Shown here one piece after another: positions 36,929-50,040 of a DNA stretch of 64,000 nucleotides. The DNA is from Mobula hypostoma (Eukaryota), in contig NC_086108.1 in assembly GCF_963921235.1 (NCBI RefSeq), positions 97,156,001 to 97,220,000 of the forward strand, read 5' to 3'. The notes beneath the pieces are model-generated. The model made no database searches. It was not told the origin of the DNA and saw nothing but the letters and a program-made list of their open reading frames with translations. The translations under genes were made by a program, and so were the position numbers. Position 1 is the stretch's first letter; the number at the start of each line of letters is the position of its first letter.

Positions 36929-37598
36929 GCGCCTCTTCCTATAGATGCTGCCTGGCCTGCTGTGTTCACCAGCAACTTTGACATATCGTGAAGTGCTGGT
37001 CTTTGACACAATCAAAACATTTCGCTGTGTGCCTTGATACTTCAATGCACATGCGACAAATAAAGCTCATTTTTAAATTGTTATTTATTTGTCTTTGTGA
37101 AAAAAAATCAAAGTGATTATAAATATGTAAACTAATTAAAGGGCTATTTTAAAGGGTTAAATTTGATTAGATGGCAAAGAACTGAAAGCAAGTTTAGAGA
37201 AGGAAAATTAAAACAAATACTCAAACTTATCTAGCACCTTCCCAAATCTTTCAGCTTATCCTAAAGCCTTTTACATCTAATGAGCTATATCTGAAGGCAA
37301 AGTAAAATGTACTTGTTAATTATTCATGTGCATTAATAAAACAGACTTAAATACATTTTGCTTGTATGAACTGGATTGCCTGCACCAAATCAAATAGAAT
37401 ATCTTCAAGCTCAGCTCCGGGTATGTTCAGAGAGACATCGTCTGTTCTCCAAACATGTTTATCCTCTATCAAAGGACTATCTGGTAAAGGATTGTGTATA
37501 TGAGGTTTGGGCTCAATTTTTAGCCTTTTCTCAGTTGCACAGCAGAAGTCTTAATCTTCCAAACTAATCTCAGTTATGTTGTTCTGCTATGAGACATA

Positions 37599-38137
37599 CA
37601 CTCAGTGGCCACTATTAGGTGCACTTGTACACCTGCTTGTTAATGCAAACATCCGATCAGCCAATCATGTGGCAGCAACTCAGTGCATAAAAGCATGCAG
37701 ACATGGTCAAGAGGTTCAGTTGTTGTTCAAATCAAACATCAGAATGGGGAACAAATGTGATCTAAGTGACTTTGACCGTGGGATGATTGTTGATGTCAGA
37801 GGGTTGTGTTTGAGTATCTCAGAAACTGCCGATTTCCTGGGACTTTCACATACAACAGTCTCCAGAGTTTATAGAGAATAGTGCGAAAAACCAAAACAAA
37901 AACATCCAGTGAGTGGTGGTTCTGTGGGTGAAAATGCTTTGTTAATGAGAGGGGTCAGAGGGGAATGGCCAGACTGGTTCAAGCTGACCGAAAGGCAACA
38001 GTAACTCAAATAGCTACGCATTGCAACAGTGGTGTGCAGACTAGCATCTCTGAATGCTCAACATGTTGAAACGGTTGGGCTACAGCAGTAGGGGACTACA
38101 AACCACAAGATGTAACTAATAAAGTGGCCACAGAGTG
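37599..38137 (+). mobile_element. Internally deleted Tc1 element
   Basis: TIRs cactcagtggccactatta / taataaagtggccacagagtg; MGNKCDLSDFDRGMIV..SISETADFLGLSHTTVSRVYRE (HTH). Confidence 0.9.
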
Positions 38138-38959
38138 TTTCATATAGAAATAATAGTTTTCCAGGAATAAAATGACCTAGCAGAACTCTTACTTTTCAAT
38201 ACTGCTTCAGACTTTAGAGTTATGTATGTAGATTTAGCAATAAAATTACTGATATTACTACTGTTTGCAGTAGGAATTGAGTAGATGTCAGCGTTAAACA
38301 AGTGTCAAGCCCAATTAGTGTTCCCAACAGTGTTTAGTAGGCTCAATAATTGTGAGCTCTCTGGTGGGGGTATTAATTGCCTCTGCCACTAGTAATGGTC
38401 CTTTTGCACAATTGTACGTCCAGCAAAATTATAAATTACAAAAATTGCACTAGGCTCTTTCAAAGAAAGAAGTATAATTGAGACTCTCCAAAGGAAACAG
38501 GAACAATCACTGGCTAATCATAGAGAAAATTTGATTTAAGAAATTAATAGCAGAAGGTTACAACTATAAGCCTTAGCAAACATGCCGGTGTAAAGCAAAG
38601 GTCATAGAATCACTCAGTGTGAGGTAAGTCTGGACACAAATGTAATCTGCTTGCATGTTAAATTATTCAGTGGAGAAAACAGCATCATTAATTTGTGCTT
38701 TGGTTATTGTACATTATGTTTTAATGGGGAAGTGCACACAAAATGAGTTGACCTGAAGAGAGAAGACAAAACATGTTCTTCGTTTACTTTAGCTGTAGCT
38801 TCCACACAAATTTCGCTGATCTGCTTCCACAGGTGGACTACTTCATAGCAAACAGAACAGTCAATACTTGTGCTCTTTTCGACAAGCCCAGTGCATCCTA
38901 AGTCAACAAGTGATTATTTTGCATTGAAGCCAAATATAAAATTCAAATATTAAAGTATT

Positions 38960-40380
38960 TGATGGCTCTGAGCCTGTACTTAGAAGATTGAGGGGGGATC
39001 TCATTGAAACCTATTGAATATTGAAAGGACTAGATAGAGTGGATTTGGGGAGGATGTTTCCTATAGTAGGGGAGTTTGGGACCAGTGGTTCAATGTCTCA
39101 ATTTAATGTCAGAGAATATATTATAGTATTTAATCTGAAATCCATACTCTTGGCAGGTGTCCACGAAACAGAGAGAAAAAAACCCCCAAAAATGAATGAC
39201 AGAAAAACATTAGAACCCCAAAGTCCTCCACCCCTCCAACACACAAGCAGCAGCGAAGCGTCAATCCTCCCCCTCCCCTCCTTCCACTTGTTCCAGTAGA
39301 AAGCTTCAGCACCCCCCCACCACCCACCAAGCAATAGCAAGCCCCCAAAGACCATGATCTATAGTCCATCGAAAACTCCCGTTCATCCCAACACCTCGAC
39401 ATTCAACAGACCCTCTCCCTCACCAGTGAGGGAGGGAGAGAGAGAGATGTCACTCCTGCCACAACCAGAGGGCACAACCTTAGAGCAGAGGGAGATCCAT
39501 TTAGAACGAAAATGAGGAGGAATGTCGTTACCTCAAGTATGGTGAATCTGTGGAATTTGTTGCCACAGGCAGCTTTGGAGACCAAGTTAATGGGTGTATT
39601 ATAGATTCTTGATAATTCAGTGCATGGAAGGCTACGGGGAGAAGGCAGGAGAATGGGGTTAAGAGGGATAATTAATCAGCCATGATCAAGTGGCTGAGAA
39701 GACTCGATGGGCCGAATAGCCTAATTCTGCTGCTATGTCTTATGGTCTTATCATGCCTATCAGGTTCAATATTCAGGATGTTACTATCATTCTTCAGTAC
39801 ACAAGTGTAAGAATAACAAAATGATTGTTCCTCTGGATCAGATGCTGCATAAAAAAAGCACAATAAGCATAAAAACACTATGAATATCCTATAAAACACA
39901 ATGTACAATTAACTATTTGAATGTGGCTTTAGGAACATAAGATTAGTTTATATAGAGCGATGGACTGTATGTGCGTAAAGCGACACTAGGGTGACACTGA
40001 GGTGGGTTAATGGGTGGAGGTGTTGATCAACCTGATGGCTTGGGGGAAGTAACTGTTTTTGAGTCTGGTGGTCCTGGTGTTGGTACTGTGTAGCCTCTTC
40101 TCTGATGGAAGTGGGACAAATAGGGTGGGTGGGATCTTTCATAATATTGCTGACCTTACTTCTCCCCCACATTTTTTCCACTACTTACTTACTTTAACCA
40201 TTTAATATATATACTTCCAGTAATTCTCAGTTTTCTTTTTCTCTCTATTAACAAGTATTGCGTCGTACTGCTGCTGCAAAGTTAACCACTTTCATGAGAT
40301 ATGCCGGTGATATTAAACCTGATTCTGATTTTTCCAACACTTTTCTGTTTATACTGTACGTCCTCGATGGCAGGTAGGGA
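38960..40380. mobile_element. CR1 3' end (38960-39750 +, interrupted at ~39088-39460) plus Rex-type 3' remnants
   Basis: GDLIETY..LKGLDRVD..MFP; CR1 3'UTR; ORF 39948-40181 is a Rex-like remnant. Confidence 0.7.
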
Positions 40381-41035
40381 GGTGCAGGCGAGGCCTTATA
40401 AAATGACCCAAAACAATTCCATTCAGGTGGAGCAGAATAGAATATATTACTGGTAAGTAGCCAAACATCAGGTACAGCTCAAAAAGAAAGAAATCTTCCA
40501 TGGAGTCTATTTGTTAATTGAAAACCTGTCCATCACTGCTTTCTCATTAGCGTGAATAGGCATGTTTAATGGCACCGATGATGCTAAACTATAATTACCT
40601 AAATGTATAAAAAGACTTTCTCAATAATTCAAGCCTCGTAAGTTCTGGCTTTACAAAACACAGAGACGATTCACATGTTGCTATTAGGGATGTTAATAAA
40701 TTAGATCCAATTACCATATTTAAATTAGGTCAACTACAAAATAAATCCACCTCTAATTACCTCAGCTGTAAGTCCTATGTTTAGGAAACTGAAGAACACA
40801 TTAAGCTAAAAGCAGTAATCTATTAATCAATTGTTAAATATTCTAAGAGTGGTTAATTATGAAATAGAATTCGTCTACAACTTGAACATCTCAGTTTTCG
40901 GTAATTGGGAGAGTGTGTGCCATTATATCACCTGGTATAAAATGAAAGCTGCCTAAGCATAAAAGTAGCTAAATCATTATACCAGGGCTTAAAGAGACTA
41001 CCTGTAAATACTCCCTGCAACACTCAGATGATCTA

Positions 41036-41595
41036 CACTCAGTGGCCACTTTATTAGGTACACCTGTACTCCTGCTTGTTAAAGCAAATGTCTTATCAGC
41101 CAATTAATTTCTAGCAATTCAATGCATAAAAGCATGCAGGCATGGTCAAGAGGTTCAGTTGTTGTTCAGACCAAACATCAGAATGGGGAAGAAGTGTGAT
41201 CTAAGTGATTTTGACCGCGGAATGATTACTGGTGCCAGATAGGGTGGTTTGAGTATCTCAGAAACTGTTGATCTCCTGGGACTTTCACACACAGTAGAGT
41301 TTACAGAGAATGGCACAAAAAACAAAAATCCAGTGAACAGTAGGTCTGTGGGTGAAAAGGCCTTGTTACTGAGAGAGGTCAGAGGAAAATGGCTGGTCTG
41401 GTTCAAGCTGACAGAAAGGTGACAGTAACTCAAATAACCACATATTACAACAGTGATGTGCAGAAGAGCATCTCTGAATGTGCAACACGTCAAACCTTGC
41501 AGTGGGTGGGCTACAGCAGCAGAAGACCACAAAACATACAACCAAAGGCCACTTTATTTAATACAGGTGGTATCTAATAAAATTGCTACTGAGTG
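41036..41595 (+). mobile_element. Internally deleted Tc1 element
   Basis: TA + cactcagtggccactttattaggtac; body ITTYYNSDVQKSISECATRQTL..GYSSRRP. Confidence 0.9.
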
Positions 41596-42124
41596 CACAA
41601 TGGCATGAAAATAACTTACGGTTATATACTGAACAGAGGGAATAAACTGCATAAATACTATTGGAAGACATGCTGGAGTTAATTTTACCTCAGGTTGGAG
41701 GAAGTGGGAGAATAGCGGGTTTTAAGCCACAGTGGCGCATCTAAGTATATCATTGTTGGCAATGTTCTTGCTTCTGCATCAGACGCTTGTAGGTTGAAGT
41801 TTTTCTCCAGTGAATTGAACACAAAGTCAATAGAAGGAGCGAGGGAAGTCTACACTGCCAGAGCTGTCATCTGTCCCTCTGTTAGCCATGACTGATGCCA
41901 TGTAGGGATACACTCAAGCTGAGTTAATTATAAATCACTATCAAAAAATTACAGATATAACATGAGCTTATGAGTGTATGTTAATTCTGAGTATAAGTTA
42001 GATCCTTAACTTTATGACCAATAAACTACATTCAATAAGCTTTGGTAGCAGCAACACCTCTGCCATGATTATTCTCAACACTGTCCTCCACATATTTACG
42101 GCTTGCATCCTCAGCACCCTACTC

Positions 42125-43300
42125 TAGTGTGCCAGGTGTTGAAGGGTGTGAGGGAAGAGAAGTGAGCGCAGTTACTATTGCAAGGGAGAAGGTGCTCAAA
42201 AAGCTGAAAGACCTAACAGTGCATACGTTACCTGGGCCAGATGAACTCTAGGGTTCTGAAAGAGATAGCGGTAGAGATTGTGGAGGCATTAGTAATGATC
42301 TTTCAGAAATCATTGGACTCTGGCCTGGTGCCAGGGGACTGGAAGATTACAAATGTCACTCCACTCCTCAAGAAAGGAGGAAGGCAGAAGAAAGGAAATT
42401 ATAGACCAGTTGGCCTGATCTCAATGGTTGGGAAGATGTTGGAGTCAATTGTTAAGGATGAGGTTATGGGGTACTTGGTGACACAGGACAAGGTAGGACA
42501 AAATCAACATGGTACCCTGAAGGGAAAATCCTGCCTGACAAACCTGTTGGAATTCTTTGAGGAGATTACAAGTAGGATAGATAAAGGAGATGTAGATGTT
42601 GTAGATTTGGACTTTCAGGAGGCCTTTGACAGGTTAAGAGCCCATGGTATTACAGGAAAGTTGCTGGCAAGGTTACAGCATCAGCTGATTGGTGGGAGGC
42701 AGCAAGTGGGAATAAAAGGATCCTTCCCTGGTTGGCTGCCAGTGCATTGAGGTGTTCCGCAGGAAACGGTGTTGGAACCTCTTCCTTTTATGCTGTAAAT
42801 CAATAATTTAGATGATGGAATAGATGGCTTTGTTGCCAAGTTTGCAGATGATATGAAGATTGGTGGAGGGGCAGGTAGTGTTGAGGGAACAGGTAGGATG
42901 CAGAAGGACTTAGACAGATTAGGAGAACGGGCAAGGGAGTGGCAAATGAAATACAATGTTGGAAAATGCATGGTAGTAGAAATAAATGTGCAGACTATTT
43001 TCTAAATGGGCAGAAAACCTAAAAATCTGAGATGTAAAGGGACTTAGGAGTCCTTATGCAGAACACCCTAAAGGTTAACTTGCAGGTAGAGTAGGTGGTG
43101 AGGAAGGCAAACGCAATGCTAGCATTCATTTCAAGATGTCTAGAATATAAGAGCAGGGATGTGACACTGAGGCTTTATAAAGCACTGGTAAGGCCTCACC
43201 TAGAGTATTGTGAACAGTTTTGGGCTCCTTATCTAAGAAATGATGTATTGGCATTGGAGAGTGTTCAGAGGAGGTTCACAAGGATGATTCTAGGAATGAT
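42125..43300 (+). mobile_element. CR1 RT fragment
   Basis: ORFs 42241-42750 (WKITNVTPL..GNYRPV..KSCLTNLLEFFE..DFQEAFD) and 43095-43331. Confidence 0.9.
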
Positions 43301-44159
43301 GAGGAACAGCTCTCAATCTGCCTTGTTGTGATTTTGCACCTTACCGATTACTTGCATTGCACTTTCTCTGAAGCTGTTACACTTTATTCTGCATTGTTAA
43401 TGTTTTACCTTGTTCTAATGCACTGTGTAATGATTTGATCTGTCTAAACTGTGTGCAAGAGTACAAGTGATAACAGCAAACTAACTCCAAATCTCATTCT
43501 CCAATATAATGCAGAACTGTAGGGAATGGGAACAGGCCAACCATGATGCAAAATGTCATGAGTCCTGCCTTTATTGCACCTGTATTTGTTAATTGTCGTC
43601 TTTTCTAGAGTCGTTAAGCCCTTGTGCTTTCTGCTTAATCTTGTCAGTTTATTGTGACTGGCATGGGTTTCCAGCGTACTGTGCTTATTTAAATCGGACT
43701 CCTAATTACTGCAGATTGTGGGGTCTTTGTGTGTTTCGAGAATGATTCAGCTTGCGGTGTCACTCGGTCAAGCCGATGTTCTGTTGGAATTTTTATGAAT
43801 TAACTCTAGTTTCTGTCTCAAGATGGGAGTCTGTTGTTCTTCCATACTTGGGTTCAGTCATCTGTTAGTGCATGCCGTGGCACAAAACTAACCAATCCCT
43901 TTTTCTTGCACACGTTCTGCATTCCTCCATTCTTTGCAATAAAATTGAAAGGCACAGGAGCAGAATTAGGCCATTCTGTTGTAACATGTATCAAACATGT
44001 CAATGCAGTCAGATCAGAATTTGGCCATACAGTCACAAGGATGCAGGGAGTAGAGCAGGGTGCTGAGGATGTAACCTTGTGGAGTACCAGTGTTGAGAAT
44101 AATCATGTCGGAAGTCTTGCTGCCAATCCTTATTGATTGTAGTCTGTTGGTTGGGAGGT

Positions 44160-44600
44160 TAGGTCATTGAGACAGCTTCATCATTCTATCATGGCTGATT
44201 TAATATCCCTTCCAACCCTTCTCCTTGTAACTGTTGACACCCAAACTGCTAGAGAACCTATCAACCTCCACTTTAAGTATACCCAATGACCTGATCTCCT
44301 CAGCCATCCATGGTAATTAATTCTGCAGATTCACCACCCTCTGGCTAAAGAAATTCCTCCTCATCTGTGTTCTAAAAGAACAACTCGTATTCTGAGACTG
44401 TGTCCTTCGGTTCTAGACTCTCCAAATATAGGAAACATCCTTCCCATTCCACGCTATCTAGACATTCAATAGTTTCGGCCCGAAGCATCGACTGTTTATT
44501 CTTTTTCGTAGATGCTGCCTGACCTGTTGAGTTCATCCAGCATTTCGTGTGTGTTCCTTTCAATATTTGTTAAGATTCAATGAGATCCACACCCCCCATT
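44160..44600 (-). mobile_element. CR1 3' end containing a short PLE pLTR piece (44472-44555, +)
   Basis: The insert carries the 3' half of the HHR (cggcccgaagcatcgactg); ttcaata duplicated at 44465-44471 and 44559-44565. Confidence 0.7.
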
Positions 44601-44665
44601 CAATTCAGATCATTCCATGTGGCTGAATAATATGCCTGTTAGCAGAATGAGGACATTAGAAATAT

Positions 44666-44985
44666 GTGCAGCATGGTAGCGTAGCTGTTAGCATAACACT
44701 TTATAGTGTCAGCTATAAGAATGGGGTTCAATTTCCGCTGTCGTATGTAAGGAGTCTGTACATTCTTCCCTGTGACCATGTGGGTTTCCTCTGGCTGCTC
44801 TGGTTTCTTCCACATTCCAAAGGCACATGGTTAGAGTTAGTAAGTTGTGGGCCTGCTATGTTGGTACTGGAAGCATGGCTGTTCCAAACACATTCTCGAT
44901 GCAAAAGACCCATTTCGCTGTATGTTTCGATGTTTCAATGTACATGTGACAAATAAAGCTAATATTTAAATCATTTAAATCTTTG
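44666..44985 (+). mobile_element. V-SINE-like element
   Basis: tRNA-like head (tggtagcgtag..gggttcaatttcc), V-core, and tgtgacaaataaagctaat..atcttt tail; related copies at 31370-31565, 58420-58630 (-) and 58696-59030. Confidence 0.7.
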
Positions 44986-46059
44986 CAAAGTTTTCCCTAG
45001 AACATCTTTTCTGACAACATTTAGATTTTCATCCTATTATCTGGCCCAGAGGTTGCCAAAGCATCCCAAAATAATTAATAAGAGCACCACTAGCTTCTAC
45101 GTAATTTGGTAGCAAATTGTGGGCCAATATGATCATTAGTTTCCGGTTTCCTATATATTTTATTCCTGCTTGCTAAGTCAAAAGTTTGTCAATTGCAACA
45201 AGTGTTCTGTGACTGAGAGGCTGACTTGCTATTGCCATTTCTGCCCAGCTCTGGAATATCACATTGGGTTGCTTTTGGACTCTGAAGATGAGAAAGAACT
45301 GAGTTAGTGTTTTACCATCTATTAATATTTCCTGGGAAATGCTTTAGGTGTCCAGAATATGTCAGTTTTAATTGATATTTTGCAGTGAGTTGACTTTCCT
45401 GCGATTTGGAGCATCCATCTTCCTGCCCATGAATATTCCTCGTTGTTTTCCTTTGCAAGAGTACACATTTTTCTGAGTTATTTTTATAAATTTGACTTTG
45501 AATGCAATCATAATTGATCAAAAGGTTTGCGGTTCTATTATGGCACAATTACTCTTTCATGTTATCTGCAGACTTTTTTGATTGCTTTCTTTGAGCTCCT
45601 GAGTGATTGTTGAACTGATATTTATTTTCTTCAAATGGTGCTTGGAAGAAAATAATTGTGGCTGATCCGGATGTCATGATTATTTATCATGTCTCCAGCT
45701 TTCTCCTTTTCTGTGGCCTTTTATGTTCTTTTATTGTAAATGCTGCTACCTGCCATACAATAACAACTGAAACAAAAAGAATCAGATTTTAAATCTTATT
45801 AATATTCTGAAGACTGAAATCCCCTCTGCTTGACCCTGGAACCTGCTCCATGACCTCACGGACTCAGAGCCAACTTACTGCAGGAACGTTTTAGGATCAG
45901 CTTCTTCTCCTCTGCCATCAGATTTCTGAGAAGACAATGAACCAATGCATGGACACTCCCTCACTATTTTTGCTTCCTTCTTGCGCTATTAATTTAATTT
46001 AATTACACATCTATAATATTAACTTTTTCGTCACCCCTTATGTGTGGTATGTACGTGTA

Positions 46060-47430
46060 TTTTTCCCTCAATCTTGGCTCCTATACCAGAGGCCTGGGAG
46101 CTTGTGGGTTCAGCTCAACATCCTTGCTGTTCCTAACAATGTGCTCTTCTGGACCAAGATCTCAGATGTTGTTCCCAGGATTTGTTGGAGCCACTCTCCC
46201 AGTCCAGGCATTAGAGCTCCAAGTGCTCCTATCACCACTGGAAGTGCTCTGGCTTAAACTTTCCACATCCTTTCTACCTGCTCTTTCAAGCTCTGGTGTT
46301 TCTCCAGCTTCTCAAATTCTTTCTTCCTGATGTTACTGTCATTTAGATTATGAGAACACTCAATCCTCGTTTATTGTCATTTAGAAATGCATACATGCAT
46401 TAAGAAATGATACAATGTTTCTCCGGAGTGATATCACAGAAAAACAGGACAAACCAAAGACTAACACTGACAGAACCACATAATTATAACATATAGTTAC
46501 AGCAGTGAAAAGCAATACCATAATTTGATAAAGAGCAGACCATGGGCACGGTAAAAAAAAAAGTCTCAAAGTTCCCGAGTCGATCGACTCCCGAGTCCCC
46601 AATAGCAGGCGGCGAAGGGAGAAACTCCCTGCCATAAACCTCCAGGCACCGACAACTGCCGATGCATTGGAAGCACCCGACCACAGCCGACACTGAGTCC
46701 GTCCATCTGAAAATTTCGCGCCTTCGACCAGCCCCTCCGATACAGCCTCCCGAGCGCCATCCTCTGCCGAGCACCTTCGACCTTGTCCCAGCCGCTAAAA
46801 CAAGCAAAGCCGAGGATTTGGGGCCTTCTCCTCCGGAGATTCCGGACCACACAGTAACAGCGGCAGCTAAGCGGGCATTTCAGAAGTTTCTCCAGATGTT
46901 CCTCTGTACTCTCACGTCTGTCTCCATCAAATCAGAATTGTGCACGGTTCCCTACTTGACAAATAATAGACATCACCACCGAAGTGGCCGCGCGCGCTGC
47001 GTCGTGCTGCCATCTTCTCCTCCTCCTACTATTGCTGGATTCTTACTATTGGGATTATCTATTGCTGTCTATTACTCTTGCTTTCTTCTGCTCCTCGTCC
47101 AGTATTGCTATATGTGGTTGGTTGGCCAGTACCTGCTTATCAGTCTCTATTTGGAAATCCCACAGGATCTTAGCTCTGTCATTCTCCACTACCCTCTCGG
47201 GTATTTCGCTTTTGGACTTGGGAGTGTCCAAACCTTACTCATCGCAGATGTTCCTGTCCACAATTCCTGCAACTTGGTTGTGCTGTTCAGTGTACACTGT
47301 CCCTGCTTGCATCTTGCACCCTGCTACTACGTGCTAGATGGTTTCAGCGGATTCCTTGCATAGTCTGCATCTTGGATCTTGGCTGGTGTCATAGACTCCT
47401 GTTTCTATTGCTCTTGTGCTCAGCTCCTGT
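46060..47430 (-). mobile_element. R4/Dong (Rex6-like) RLE-type non-LTR element, C-terminal fragment, split by an insertion at 46342-47027
   Basis: Minus-strand translation QDPRCRLCKESAETI*HVVAGC (CCHC), HNQVAGIV, KILWDFQIETDKQVLANQPHI..VID, DSNIRKKE.EKLEK, PVVIGALG..QKSTLLGTARML. Confidence 0.85.
46342..47027 (-). mobile_element. ~0.68-kb non-coding retroposon, family copy 1
   Basis: CpG-rich; AAGATGGC near the 5' end; AATAAA and TCTAA-type tail; homologous to 47552-48197. Confidence 0.7.
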
Positions 47431-47551
47431 TCTTGTACAGCTACTATATACTATAAGTAATAGGCATGTGAGAAGAAGTAAATGGTCAGAGTGGGGAATA
47501 GAGGAAGGGTGGAATTTGTTTACCAGAAGGAGAAATCAATGTTCATGCTAT

Positions 47552-48197
47552 CAGATTAGATTAGATTATTAAATTAGATTATGAAGACACACAGTCCACT
47601 TTTATTGTCATTTAGTAATGCATGCATTAAGAAATGATACAATATTTCCTCTGGTGTGATATCACAAAACACAGGACAGACTAAGACTGAAAAAACTAAC
47701 AAAACCACATAATTATAACATATAGTTACAACGGTGCAACAATACCATAACTTGATGAAGAACAGTCCATGAGCACAGTAAAAAGTTCAAAGTCTCTCAA
47801 ATGTCCCACATCTCACGCCGACGGGAGAAGGAAGAAAAACTCTCCCTGCCATGCCCAACCACAGTCCGACTCTGAGTCGTCCGAAAACTTCGAGCCTCCG
47901 ATCAGGTCTCCAACACCGAGTACCGAGCACCATCTCTATCCGAACGATTCGACCTCAATCTCGGTCGCCAGCAGCAGGCAAAGCCGGGGATTTTGGGGCC
48001 TACCCGCCGGAGATTCTCGATCACACAGTAACAACAGCAGCGAACGGGCGTTTCAGAGATTTCTCCAGATGTTCCTCTGTGCTTTCACTTCTGTCTCCCT
48101 CAAATCACTATTGTCCACGGCCCCTATTTAACGGGTACAATATCATTTTCACCGGAGGGCTGCGCACACGCGGCGCGCTGCTATCTCTCTTCCCGCC
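47552..48197 (-). mobile_element. ~0.65-kb non-coding retroposon, family copy 2
   Basis: (TCTAA)n tail; shares blocks with copy 1 such as tttattgtcatttag..aagaaatgatacaat and tttctccagatgttcctctgt. Confidence 0.7.
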
Positions 48198-48979
48198 ACT
48201 CACTATATATAGTGTCCACATTGCTGTCCACATCTGTGGCAATGAATTCCACAGATACACTATATATATTTCTAATTGAAACTTACAGTTTTTTAATGTA
48301 TTGCGCTGTACTGCTGCTGCAAAACAACACATTTCATGATCTATGCGAGAGATATTAAGCCGAATTTTGCATCTGATTCTGCCTCTGGCACACTCTGGTT
48401 GGATGGAAGGCCCAGTATGCTGGAGGATGGATCACATCGTTGGTCCAGAATTGAACCACTGGCTCCAGGTTGTGGGTAGGGGTATTGGCTGGGGCTGAGG
48501 TTAAAGTTGGAAACACCAGCAGTGCAGAGGTGGCCATGTTTGCAGCTGGAGGTGGGGGCCTAGTATGTTGGCATATCTCCTGCTCCCTTTAAACTCAGTG
48601 GTTTCAGTGGAACAATTTATTATACAACTGTGAGGGAGGAGCATCCAATAATTCAGCAAGTTGGCTGGTCCAACATTCCCAAAGTCTCAAAGATGCTGGA
48701 TTACCATAGTGTGTTACAATGCAGCATGTGGTACGATTTTCACCAGGTAGATAGTGCTTCTGGGATCTGGGATTGGAGTTTCAAGTGGGCTGGAGGCATG
48801 AGGGCCGATGACCCCCTAGGTATACGATTTGGCGAGATGAAAGTTTGAGGCTGAGTGTTCAGATCCCATCATTGGCGAGTCCAGAGTTCAAGGCCTGGGG
48901 GTTTGGGGAACTCATTCAGCATCTCCATTCATTGTCATTGGTGAGTCCTGGGGTCGATAATGGAGTTGTCTGGAAGTTA

Positions 48980-50040
48980 AGACCATAAGAATTCCACCAT
49001 TCAGTCTATCGAGTCTGCTGCACTGTTTTATCAAGGCTGATTTATTTTCCATCACAATCCCATTCTTCCCATAACCTTTGACATCTTTACTAGTCAAGAA
49101 CCTATCAACCTCCACTTTAAATATACCTCATGACTTGCTGTCTACTTTTGTGGCAATGAATTTCACAGATTCTCCACCCTCTGGCTAAAGAAATCCCTCC
49201 TCATCTCTGTTCTAAAGGGATATCCTTGTATGGTGAGGCTGTGTCCTATGGTTCTAGACTCTCCCACTAATGGGGCCCTAGTGGAGATATTTAAAACATC
49301 CTTAACAACAGAAGAGCTACCAACGGATTGGAGGATATCCAATGTTCTTCCACTGTTTAAAAAAGACTCCGAACAGAAACCGGGAAATTATAGGCTGATG
49401 AGTCTGACATCAGTTGTGGGAATCCAATTGGAAACAAGAGAAAATCTGCAGATGCTGGAAATCTAAGCAACATACACAAAATACTGGAGGAACTCCTCAG
49501 GCCAGGGAGCATCTATAGGAAAAGAATACAGTTGACGTATTCTTTTCCATAGACACTGCCTGCACTGCTGAGTTCCTCCAGCATTTTATGTGTGTTGGTG
49601 AATTGTGGGGAAGTTATTGGAAGGTATTCTAAGGGACCGGATGTATAAGTGTTTGGATAAATGTGGACTGATATAGGATAGTCAGCATGGCTTTGTGCGT
49701 GGCGGGTCATGTCTAACCAATCTTACAGCGTTTTTTTGAGTAGGTTACTAGAAAAGTGGATGAAGGCAAGGCAGTGGATGTTGTCTACGTGGACTTTAAT
49801 AAGGCATTTAACAAGGTCCTGCGTGGGAGACTGGTCAAAAAGGTTCAGTTGCTTGGTATTGAGGATGAGGTAGTCAATTAGATTCGACATTAGCTTTGTG
49901 GGAGAAGCAACAGAGTGGTAGTAGAGGGTTGCCACTTTAACTGGAGGCCTGTGACTAGTGCCGTACCGCAGGGATCAGGGATCAGGGATCATGGACTAGA
50001 TGGGCCAAAGGACTGTACTTCTCTATGATTCTATGTCTCT
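48980..50040. mobile_element. CR1 fragments (48980-49270 -, 49270-50040 +)
   Basis: DWRISNVLPLFKK..KPGNYRLMSLTSVVG; SQHGF..SCLTNL. Confidence 0.8.
49432..49597. mobile_element. Short palindromic PLE pLTR insertion lacking the HHR core
   Basis: Tail 49432-49467 + imperfect inverted arms 49468-49597 centred on agttgac; imperfect duplication ttgtggg..ttgg of the host CR1. Confidence 0.8.

Larger units (their letters stand above)
36730..36980. mobile_element. Protein-free palindromic PLE pLTR insertion with two HHRs
   Basis: 44-nt tail + inverted arms 36774-36874 / 36881-36981 (2 mismatches, 6-nt spacer); TSD acatatcgtgaag at 36717-36729 and 36981-36993. Confidence 0.95.

Noticed and set aside
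46662..47363. 233-aa plus-strand ORF as a host gene
   Set aside because: It is antisense across the junction of two unrelated retroelements and has no recognisable domain.
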